In this document: positions 53,158-64,000 of the stretch, one piece after another
Position numbering within the stretch: the first letter of the stretch is position 1
Layout of the letters: every line of letters begins with the position of its first letter
Source of the DNA: Raillietiella orientalis
Lineage: Eukaryota
Reading direction: 5' to 3'
NCBI GenBank assembly: GCA_036172245.1
Contig: JAYWIR010000035.1
Location: 1-64,000 of the forward strand
DNA: 64,000 nucleotides
The notes under the pieces: model-generated
Databases searched by the model: none
What the model saw: the letters and a program-made list of their open reading frames with translations, nothing else
What the model was told of the DNA's origin: nothing
Made by a program: the position numbers and the translations under genes

Positions 53158-54249
53158 CTTCCAACAGAATTTAAACCAATCAAGCCCTTTTAAAGAGTCG
53201 AAAAATTTACACTTTCGGCAAATTTACTCCACAACTAGTTTCAATTCTTGGCAGCACTTCCTTCATCGGGCAGACGTTCTACGTACACTTGGATGCGAGC
53301 TTCTTGGATGTATTCAGGCATGCACTAAATTTTTTCAAATATACAGAAAGAAAACTTTTTCAAATCCAAAGCATTCAGGAATTTAAGAAGAATTGCAATG
53401 TTGCAACATGAAGCAATATTGGAACAGGAGAATTGTAACACAAGGGAATCGAAATTCTACAATTTATGATGAATTAATTAAAATGTGAAGGTAAATCAAC
53501 AGATTGGACCGATCAACGACGATAGCTTTAAGTTACGAAAGATGGTTTTGGTCCTATGTGATAATCATTTCTGAATATTGACGTACACAACTCAGCCACA
53601 ACTGTTTGCAAAAATTTCTCATCAATTTTCGTCGGAAATTTATAATTGAGATTTGACGCCTACATCGGAAAAAAAAAAAAAAAATTTCTTAATATTGACG
53701 AAAGAAGCAGGTGCTTAATGAGCTATGCAGTAGACTGAGAAAACGACAAGAAATGACTTTATTTTCTGAATCATCTAGAGCATCATCTAAAGATTCTCCA
53801 CAATAGTACATTAACAATCTAATGAAGCACAATAAGCTGAAGAGAAATATAGGAACCATAAACTCGAAATAAATTGATCTAGTCTGTGAACATTTTTCGA
53901 AATCTTTTGAATTTCAAGTCACTAAAAGAATAATTATTCGGGAACTTTATAACCTAAGCACATTAAAATAAAGTGATGTGAATACTATAAGGAAGTTACT
54001 GATTCTGGAAACTAGCCTCATGTTCTGCTGGGTTTTTAGTATGAATTGGTACATACTACTCAAGTTATTACATTTTGAAACCGTTCTCAATCATTGAGAA
54101 CTGCTTTTGTTGAACCATTAATCATAAAAAGTTAAATTTTGTGTAAGGGAATACTTTCATGTTATGATTGAATATCTTCCAACAGGTTCTTGGAGTAAAG
54201 ATGACTTATATTGATTTTGGATAAATGATTGAATGGAAAACTTTTGAGG

Positions 54250-55500
54250 ACGACAGTTGGCCATATACATTTCTCAAAGGTCACTCTTATGAGAACGAGA
54301 TCTTAAGATTTCACATGTATCTGAAGATTTCACACATTTCACACATGTTATTTGGGATGAAACTGCGTTCATGAACATATTTTTGAAAGAACCATGGAAA
54401 ATACTGCTTGAGAATTGCATTCCTTAGAATAAGGATAAAAACCTGTTAGAATTTTTCAAAATTTAGAGCTTCATTGAGTGAAGTGTATATTTTCTTTTTC
54501 GAGATTTTGCTTTCAAGGAACATTACAACTCGTTTTCCATCAGTCAGTTTTCTTGAATTAAAGTATTTAAATGAATTGACCAACAACTGAAGTTTTGAAT
54601 ACATTTTTTAAGACTTCCCAAATTAATTAGAATATGAATCCGGAAACGATTCTGTGATCAAACCCTTCTTTGGATCATATTTAGAAAATGATATATGTGC
54701 CTCTTCAAAATTAAAACACAACAAAATTCTTTATGCAAATAATGTCATACAATCAAGACGAATATTCAATATTTTCCAAATTATGCAATCAACTATTCGA
54801 TATAACTGAATTTTGACTACTTGCACACAACACTCAATCAATTCTAGATACATTAATATCTCCTCAGTGCAAGAAGACAACCATTTTCTTTCCTGTTCAA
54901 AAATATTTTTTATAATACATTAAATATAAGATCCTCGATGACGAAAATTTTTAAAACTTATTCATACTCGAATATCGCTGATAACATTTGAAAGAATGAA
55001 AAATGAGAATCTAAACATCTTACCAAAACCTGAATATCCGAGTTATCATTTTTCTCTTTCTTAGCTCTTAATATTCCATAATGCAAGTTCTATTTTCAAA
55101 TTCATTTGGTCCAGATTAGGCATTAAAGAAGCTTTACTTGCGAAATGAAATTTGTCACAAAACCTCGACTAAAGAAGGTAAACATTATTTTGTGGTTGAT
55201 TGCGAGAGTGCTAACTTATGGATTTTAGAGGGAGTTTGGAGCTGCATCCACTGATTCTGCATTTTTTCTTGTTATACATGCATCCCTCTTGGATGCTTGA
55301 TGAGATTTAAAGACATCTGGAGACACCGAGAAAAAAGAATCTACTATTTCGGATAGTGGTTCTGTTTTGAATTTATTTATCTTGAATTCTTAAAGACATC
55401 TTCTGTAAAACTTCGTGTTCTTCATTCTCCTCCAAAGTTTTCAAGGCTACAGTTTTTCATAAAATGGATGCAACGGTGAGGCTCCATCCTTTTGAGCATG
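54250..55500 (-). mobile_element. Decayed hAT transposase remnant
   Basis: Fragments EDVF, KIHKLAL (cf. HCxxHxLxL), YPYSK and KYVHERSF (cf. TYxCExxFS) occur in hAT order. No open frame. Confidence 0.4.
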
Positions 55501-56279
55501 CACGTTCCATTCTCAAGTTAGATAGAATGCAAGATGAATGTAAAGCGTTGGATTTCTTAAACAAGAACGAAAAAATAATGGAAAGAATATATTTCATTTC
55601 AGTTCCTTCATCTTCACAGATGGTTTGCTTTGGAAAGCAGTCGAAGTTGAATTTCAGAAGTCTGCATTCTTCTACATTTTTCGAAGCTTTTCAAAATTAA
55701 TTTGAAAAGCATTAATTTGCCGTACCCTTAATAAGGTGCTTCGAAAAGTAGAAAGTAGTCATATGCTACTAATAATGCTTGAATATGCAGAACCAGTTGA
55801 TGCTACCACGTTGATGGACAGAAATGTATGAAACGAAGAAGGAATTATCCAAGATGATTATTATTTACACTCATTGTCTTGCAAGCTACTTTGGAAAAGG
55901 AGAGAACCTTTTGCAAAAATGGAGAACATTTATTTCCCAGAAAGAAAGCAACCTGACGATATGTGAGTTTAATTTTGGTCTAAACCTCATTTCAGATCGA
56001 GGGCACGCGGAGCACTAGTCTTGCGTTCGGAACATAAACGATCCAAAAAGACGAAGAGAACTGCAGCAGAGAAGCACCATTCATTAAATGAAAACATTAG
56101 ATGCATTCTGATTGACCATCGGTCATTTCGAGGCTGAAGCACGAAAAGGAGCTAAAATCGCATTTTGAAACAGTTCCAAGTTCTAGTCCAGCCTGCAGAC
56201 GCTGAAATGGAAGGGAACTATCTTAGTAATAATGAACATGCCATGAAACCAAAAACTCTCAAAAGACTGAATGCAATCT

Positions 56280-58179
56280 TCAGTGTACTTAGGAAGCATT
56301 TATGACTGGTAATCAGCCGTAGTTTCGTTAACGCTGACTGGCATCACTTGAGTACATAAAATTTCATAACCACAGTGACAAGTCTCAAATGAGTTACTTG
56401 AATTGATGTCAAAACTTACTAGCTGAGAAACTGATAAACAGCCAACAGGAAAAAGGAAGGGAAAAAAGACTGCCTAAACATGCTAAGTAAAACGGAATTG
56501 TCTATTTTCATTCCCTTGTTAAAAACAGCATTTCTGATAGCAATAAATCTAAAAATTACAAAAGGATCTCTTGTGAGATATTTTTTCGGTTCACTTTGAG
56601 GTGTTCCAAAGCACGCTAATGTACCCTTAAAACTGTTATAAGTAGTGTTATAAGTACCACTGTTAGTGTTAAAGTACCACTGAAAACAATTGCATCCAAG
56701 GCGGTAAAAAAAAAATAAAATAAAACGCACAAAGCAAGGAGTACCGATTTTTATTTTCATCTTCAGATGTTTCGGTATCTTAGAAATTCGAAAAAATCGT
56801 TCAAGTATCCAATTAGAAAATTAAACCAGCGTAAAGAATGCTACACCGTTTCGTATAAAATCAGCTTCTATAGCTAAATATGGAGACACTTCGTTTACAT
56901 GCATAGATATACAATGCACACTAACATAAATAATTCATTCGTTCCATCATCTGGTGATTTATCGATCAAATATTAGTTGGACAAGGCTATTTATTTTGTA
57001 TTTAGAAAACCACAGTTCGTATATATTTTCATCCCACGAATGTTAATGGTCTGTAGCACTCTCAGGCCGATGATTACATACGTTATTACTGTCGCAGTAA
57101 AGGAAATGCAAGTCTGGTGTCATGAATTTTTTTATTTTGATTCCTGTCTTCCGGGAATTATGCTACATGTTTTACTTCTAATGAAATTCCAAACATTTTC
57201 ACCTGGCATTCCTTCGTGGTAAACTTGAGTTAAATTAGCATGAAAAAATTGAACACCAACTAGCATCTTTTACCTCCAAAAGTTATTGATTGTACATTGT
57301 CTTCCATGGAATTTCTCATCTATCTTTCTCATCTATTTCTCAACTATCTTGATTTGGAAACTATATGCATTTGCAGGTACAATATCACAAGACTAGTACA
57401 ATTCCTGTTTTAGGAACATTTGCATATTGTTCCAGCCTATAAAGGGATCAGCAAGCTTTTAAACTCTACCATGAATCATCTTTACTTAAAAAAAGCTTCA
57501 CATGCATTCAAAGTCTTCAATTAGCCAGGTAGAAAATTTAATAACAAATAAAGAAGTTATCATATTGTAGGATTCTTCCGGATTCTTTTTATCACTTAAC
57601 AAATAGCATCTCTGTGAACTGCTCTATCTCCAGTACAAACCAGTATCAATCATTGAACTGATCATCAATATCTTTAACAGAGCGAACACATATTGTTAAT
57701 TGGCAAATGGATGTGCACAATCAAATGAGAAGTCATTTGAGCTGATTCTGCATTACTCAGGCTTCCGATCTTCGTGTCTGATGTATGAAAACCTGATATA
57801 TACATGAACTCTAAACACAAGTTTCAATCAGAGCAAGTCTGTATCACTGATGCATGCATTAGGAGCAGAAGTTCCATACTTCTCAAAATTGAAAGGAGCC
57901 AAATGCCAGCTTTCAAATCCTTCAAGAATTCAGCAAATTTTATGTATGTTGAATATGTGTTCCTATGTAGAAACACTGGTATCACCAACCAATGAATGAA
58001 GACACCCATGAACCAGAGCAACCTTATAATCAATTCTCTAAATGGAGTAAGTTTTCCAGATGGTGCCTGATGGCTATCTAGGCACAAATATTCACATAAT
58101 TCAAAGATCACGCAGTAGTATTTGTTCTGAATAATTATGCTAACATTTCAGTATGGATCATGGAAAAATTCCCACACCT
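56280..58179 (-). pseudogene. ASNSD1: Decayed asparagine synthetase domain-containing protein 1
   Basis: Ordered remnants across frames: CGNFSM (cf. MCGI), EYLCLDSHQ (cf. RGPD/NS), LLWFMG (cf. VLHLRG), EFLKDLKAGIW (cf. GPWSF), IDTGLYW, NVPKTG (cf. PDRxTG), RQSFFPSF...VYQFL (cf. EARFPFLDExVVxFL), MLPK. Many stops and frameshifts. The SGGxDS and GADE motifs were not found. Confidence 0.7.
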
Positions 58180-58335
58180 GAAAGAGACAGCAAACTTCTT
58201 GATTCTCTTGTCTTCGGAAAGCCATCCATAATGTTTGCTACAAAATGATGATGAATCCATAACATCAATGATATGATTCTGTGTGATCAGAGCAATTGAA
58301 GCCTTTAAGCAAGGGAATCTAACATTCCAAAATGA

Positions 58336-58944
58336 TCATGTCTCTGTTTGCAACTGATTATAATTTTTGAGCTGTTTCTTTTTTTTTCTTATCTGTTCAT
58401 ATACTTGCTCTTTACTACTCAAGAAAAAAACTCCATTTTGTATATCTTGCTGATACACTTTCTGAATGAAAATAAAAATAGTTAGTATGTATTTTTAATT
58501 AATAACAACATTCTTAGCATTCCAGCAAAAATTTTTGTTGAAATTCAAATTAGCAAGCAAATAACAGAGAAAATTATATCATGTACTTAAAGTTTCAATA
58601 AAAACATGTATCTTGATATCAAAATACAAATAAAATAAAAAAACTTTCAAGTAACTAAAAATACCGCACGCATTCTGTTTCTTCAAATTACTTTCAAATC
58701 CTGGTGAGATTCATTAGACACTGGAAACACAATGTAATCAATGTATCACACCATAGGGGGGGCATCCATGGGGAAATCGAGATAAAAATATTTTCAAAAT
58801 TCAGTGAGGCGGGAGATACTTACGGAACCTTTTCGTAACGAATCCAATTCGGCTTCAGTAATCTCCAATTCCCTGAACTTCAAATCAAGATTAAAGCGCG
58901 GATTCCACTTTGTTCTTGATGCTCACCTTAACCTGGTTCTCCAT
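58336..58944 (-). CDS. ASDURF: ASNSD1 upstream ORF protein (prefoldin-like PAQosome subunit), 65 aa
   Basis: Exons 58944-58927, 58877-58824, 58461-58336, with two phase-0 GT-AG introns. Spliced protein MENQVK|FRELEITEAELDSLRKGS|KVYQQDIQNGVFFLSSKEQVYEQIRKKKKQLKNYNQLQTET* matches the ASDURF pattern ELxxLKKxxKVYxQxxNxxxFFL. Lies directly upstream of ASNSD1 remnants. Confidence 0.85.
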
Positions 58945-59689
58945 CACTCAGAAAAACGTGCTGCCGGCCAATATCATTCCTGAACCTCGTGGGTGTGAAC
59001 GGGAAACTGATACGACATAATTCCAAAGTCACGAAAGCTTGTAGTTGTACGAACGAGCAAAAACAATTTCGATGAAACGATCCTATTTTTCCTTACGAAA
59101 CACTTTTTGCCTTAAAACTGATTGACCACTAACATTTACAACCCACGGCATGCACACAACCGCACCTCACTCACGGTGTGGGAAGCTGGTCGAGCGCCTA
59201 CGAGAGGCGCGTCACGCTGTAGTGAGTTACGAATGGTACACGAGCAGTAGTGTACATGTACTAGGTGAAGATGGAGAACTATCATCGTAACGCTCTACGA
59301 GCAGAGTGAAGAAATGGGTAATCAACACTTTATTACAAACAAGTTAGCAGATTTATGGAATGCACCACCATGTGTATAAAACTACAACACGTATGAGAAC
59401 ACGAAATTAGGAATGCTATTGATGAAAAGCAATCTGATGATATATGCAGTAAAGCTCTCGAAAACCACTGTACTTTCAAGATGCCAAATTCCCGAGCTAG
59501 AAAGGGATCAGCTGGTGATATGTTGCGATTTGAACCTATCAGTGCACGAACGTAGCCAGCTAACCTAAACCTAGCATTTGGCTAGCGTGCACCAAGTCGC
59601 ACAAACGTCTCCCTACATGTTCCATAAACAAAGTAAGTGGTAAGGAGTAGGCTGTGTTCATTGCAACACTGTTTGACATTATATTGTCA

Positions 59690-61450
59690 GTTACTTCTAA
59701 TTATTGTACAATACACTTGCTGTGCATTTTCTGGAAACTTCTGTGAAAAGCCCCATTCATTCAACCTGTCTGAAATAGGAAAGATCAGTAGTGAACTCTC
59801 TTTTAGCAAAAGTGAAAAGAAAGGCTCTAGATGATCGGTCAAATACCGAAATACATTGTAAACATCTTTGCATGCTCGAATCTGCAACTCTTAAAGACAG
59901 CACTCCGATTTTTAATCACGAGTTAGGGGATCTGTGTCCATGAAGACAAAGACAACTAAAAGTTCCATTGTGCTCACTTAAGGAATCTGGAAAGCACAAT
60001 CAGGCTATTGTGTTCACTGTAACTCCAGCGTGGAGTCCTACTAGTTTAGATATATCAAAAAATATCTTTTCGAGAATGTAAAAAAGTGTTTGGTAAGAAA
60101 AGGGGGTGTTTTGTAGTTTAACGATGCAACTGAGTTTACATGACACTGAGCGTACATATAATGCTTTAGATGCTGGTGAAGTGGAAGCTACTAACTGAGC
60201 AGAACAGTAGGATTGTTCACATCGCAAAGAATAGTTTCAGGCAAATGTTTAGTGCAGGTGAACTAGACTGTACTGAAAGGGAACAACGCAATCTAGTTGT
60301 GTAAAAAAAGGTTTGGACATCAGCAGGATGAATTCCTGAAAATACAAACGGTTAAAAAATGCTTAATTTTGGGAACTAAAAAAAATATAGCTCATTGTCA
60401 GTGATTCCATCAGGGGGTAAGATGCATTCGTTTAATTTGGAATAGTGTTCTAATAATGTTGTTGTTTAGAAACATGATTCATACATTTTCCTCTAGTCGT
60501 GTTCCTCTGCATTTTTCATTCTTTGGAGGCATGTATTATTTTTTTGAGTTTGCTAGAGAAATGCTTTCCTGCTTTTACCTATGAAACTTTTCATCACGAA
60601 GTTTTCCTCTTTGGCACTACATTAATGCTTGCCACATGCTTCATCCAATCTAGTATTTTAAAAGAAATTGCACAAACTTCGAGTTTTGTTTAGGTTTGTT
60701 TTCTATTACTAATCTTGAGTATTTGGTCAATTTCCAAGGATTTCTCATTCTTGACGATTTCCAATTTTAGTATGTAGTTATACTTTCGCACATAGTTGCT
60801 ACATCAATTTCAAAGTAACTTCGTCATGTTTTAAAGGATCCGCAATGTCAGGGGATAAGTCTCCCATGAACTGTAATAATTCCTGCCAAGGTACAAACAT
60901 AGGCGAGTAATTTTTACTGTTCACATACTACTAATTGTTTGAAGGTTGTTTAGGTTTTCAAAAGTGTCGCGTAATTTTATTTGCCATGTTTCCACATTAT
61001 CACCTAGGCATGTAAAATATTTTGCAAGCTGAGAAACTTTCATCAGCTTCTTCTGGTAACTGGGAAAAGATTTTGTGTGTGTGTGTCATGAGCATATTAA
61101 GAAAAAAGAAAAATCTAATGAATTCGTTTTTTGAAAAAGAACCAATTTCGTGTTACAAAGTAGTCAGCTGCACAAAATAGTGCACAAATATTTGAATGTT
61201 TTTCGAATCCTCGATTTCGAAAGTTTGAAGTTTGTACAGACAGCCAATGTTTCTGCCTGGGAAAACATCACAGTAAGTGAAGCAGGATTTAGGATGCCTT
61301 TTTAAAAATGCAGATAAATCACTGCTGTAAAAGGAAAGTATATTTGGTATTACAAGGTATACTGGAATTATAATGATGGTGGTGTTAACGTCTCAAGTCC
61401 CGCATCTGAAGAAATGCTTAGTAATAAAATCTTATAACTTGTGCATAGAA
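59690..61450 (-). pseudogene. Possible decayed multi-exon gene of unknown identity
   Basis: Several good acceptors and donors on the minus strand (tattttcag|GA near 60335, AA|gtgagc...acacag near 59977-59932, ttggcag near 60886, ttttcccag near 61060) bound exon-like stretches that contain stops. Confidence 0.3.
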
Positions 61451-62408
61451 TAATTCATTTCATAGTTAGTGACTGAACTAAGATGCATTGCATGAATTTG
61501 CTGTCTAACGTCTGTTACGTGTTCAGCGCATTGATAGTTAAATAATATTTCAAGATTGCTATCGTATATATGCAGAGATTCTTAATTATAAATCTGTTGA
61601 TACAAACACACACTCACACACCAAAAAGATTAACAAATGTACGTCTTCCAACTGAATGAAACATGTTTTTTACACTTTTCACGTTCGAGTATTCAACGAT
61701 CTACGTTACAGCTATGCAGTAGGCCTTGCGAAGAATAAAGACGTGCGGTAAAGACGGATCCAATATGCACGTATAGCCTTAGCGTATGGATTGCTGCTTC
61801 TGCGAGGTACCGTTGTAACGTCCACAAAAGTTAGCACTAAGCACTAAGGAAAAATATTAACTAACGTGAAATCGATTGTTCCCGTCCATCAAGCTTCATT
61901 TGAAATCGTTAAAAGTGTTGAAGAGCAATGGAAACTTGTGTAATCTGTGTTCAAGCATTGATTTTTCTTTGTAAATTGTGCATCTCGTAAGTTTTTTCAT
62001 GCGAATGGAAAAGTTTACGAAATTCAATTGTTTTGCACAACATACGTGTTTTAAGATATATGTTTGTTTGTTTGTTTTCATTTGTAGGTGGCTATATGAT
62101 AATGTGTGCGTGGCTTTTTCTTTTCTTTTCTGTCAAGTGGTGGAACTTATAGGTAGCACTGACTTGGAAGAACTCAAAGATGATGCTTGCTTTAATGTTT
62201 TTAGAATTTTGAATCCGTAATGTAAATGTAGTTTTTGGCCATCAAAGTCAGTGAGCTTTTGGCTGCTTTTATTAGAAATACACAACAACGGATCATCATG
62301 AAGTTTTCACGCATTCGTAATGTGTGTTTAGTGCTTATCAGTTTGAGTTCCTTTGAATAGTGAAAGTTTTGTGTGGAAAAACTTACGTGCATTTATAAGC
62401 AGTTGCAT

Positions 62409-63305
62409 ATGGCTGATCTAATTGGTCATAATAATGCAACCAGACAAGAGAAGTCATTAGGATTATTGACGACAAAATTTGTAAACTTGCTACAACAAGC
62501 TGAGGATGGCATTTTAGATCTCAAAGATGTAAGTAAATGTTTCTAATGCATCAAAGTGCAAGTGCACTATGATAATTTTCAGTTGTGTTAGAACCGCGAT
62601 TAATCTTTTTCCTAATAAAGATCAACTAAAATATACCGAGATTTTAGTACAGTACATTTGAAAACTTGCCGACGTAAATACTTTACAGGCTGCTGACAAG
62701 TTGGCAGTGAGGCAGAAAAGAAGAATATACGATATTACAAACGTCCTTGAAGGAATAGGATTAATTGAGAAGAGAACAAAAAATAGTATTCAGTGGAAAG
62801 GAGGGAATCCCGGTTCAAACAATCAGAAGTATTCAGAAAGAGTATTTCATTTAAAAAAAGATATTAGTGAATTAGAATCTAAAGAAATGGAACTTGAAAT
62901 ATATCATAAGGTTTTATTCAATTTTTCAAGCGACAATAGCAAAATGGCTTACTTACTATCTAGTGGATGCAACAATCATATCGCAACACCATTGAGGATT
63001 CCAGTAATGTGCCTCATGCATATATGCGCTATGAAGCTTTGAGTGAGTGTTATCCTCAACGGACCTTGTTGGCAGTGCGTGCAGCAGAAGGAACTCAAAT
63101 GGAGGTTCCTTATAATAGCAAGGCAAGACTAGATTGCTGCTAAACTTAGTATTCAGTGTAGGATAAAGTTGAGAAGTTTCAGTTACATATAAAGAGTACT
63201 CATCATCCCATTTATGTGCTGTGTATAAATCATGACAATGAAGAATCTTCTCCAGTTGTTTTACCTGTACCTCCTCCAGATGAATTACTGAATAATTTTT
63301 CTTCA
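62409..63305 (+). CDS. E2F4: Transcription factor E2F4/5-like (5' exons; 3' exons not resolved in this window)
   Basis: Exons 62409-62528, 62689-62910, 62964-63122, 63162-63305. [57 protein letters not shown], marked-box LLAVRA..GTQMEVP, and PVVLPVPPP typical of E2F4/5. Confidence 0.93.
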
Positions 63306-64000
63306 GTAAGTATCTTATTGCACCTTAACTTATAAGTTACATAATAAGGCAAAATGAAGAAAAGATTTAACATAAAACAGAGTATGAGTTTCTACATAAT
63401 TTTTCATGGCCTTTCGGAATTTTAGTTTTTCTCTTTTTCCCTCCCCTCATTTTCTCTCTGTTCTATGTAGCTTTTACGAGAAGGCTAGTTTCGTAAAATA
63501 ATTGTTATTCCATTAATGATAATTAGATCATATTTCATAGGCAAACTGTTTGCACTTTTCATTTTGATATCTCTTTTCGAGGGTGTCAGCCTTTATGTTT
63601 CAAGATTTGAAGGATAATTGGAACACATCAGTTTTGTGTCAAAAAATGTTCATTTTTATCCCTGTATATATATTTTTTCTTTGTATTTTTGCATGGTGTA
63701 CAGAGAGAAATATAGTGCTTCAGGAAATGCATTTAAGAACATAAAAAATTCTAGAATCACCTGATCTCATACTCTCCACTGGAGAGTATCAGATCAGCAT
63801 GCTTACATTTGATCAAATAATTGCAAAAAACTCAAAAGTTCTCTTAAACTTCATTTGCATTGGACATACAGTTTGAAATTTCTAAAAATCAAAGTCCACT
63901 TCCTCATTGTGTTGCAATTATGGTGATTTCGTATTTCTTGCAAAAGAGATTGTGATTGTAGGATCACAATGATTTTAATAAGTTTTGAGGTATTTTGTGA

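Noticed and set aside
57500..57720. hAT dimerisation-domain-like reading (VFALLKILMISS...)
   Set aside because: Better explained as part of the collinear ASNSD1 remnants.
58975..59018. NUF2-like start MSYQFPVHTHE on the minus strand
   Set aside because: It hits a stop after 14 codons with no frame-preserving splice. The downstream exons fit ASDURF instead.

Overview
Eukaryotic, probably arthropod, DNA with very short spliceosomal introns (many 37-57 nt); the taxon is an inference. The window has two parts. About 1-31 kb has no convincing intact gene. It is a rearranged mix of decayed L1/Tx1-like retrotransposon pieces and pseudogene fragments, with an ~8.2-kb palindrome (arms 11172-14508 and 16024-19386) and nested direct and inverted duplications. 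About 32-64 kb holds conserved genes: MLH3 (-), an APMAP/hemomucin-like strictosidine-synthase-family gene (+), NEMF/Caliban (-) and the 5' part of an E2F4/5-like gene (+), separated by hAT remnants. The best finding is missing from the ORF track: a three-exon, 65-aa ASDURF-like ORF (58336-58944, -) that is intact and sits directly upstream of a decayed ASNSD1. The ASDURF-ASNSD1 uORF/main-ORF arrangement is present, but only the uORF has survived. Also notable are two near-identical 772-bp TG...CA elements with a tRNA-like head, and a probable 39-nt GC-AG intron in E2F. All protein assignments come from recognising motifs by eye, not from database searches.
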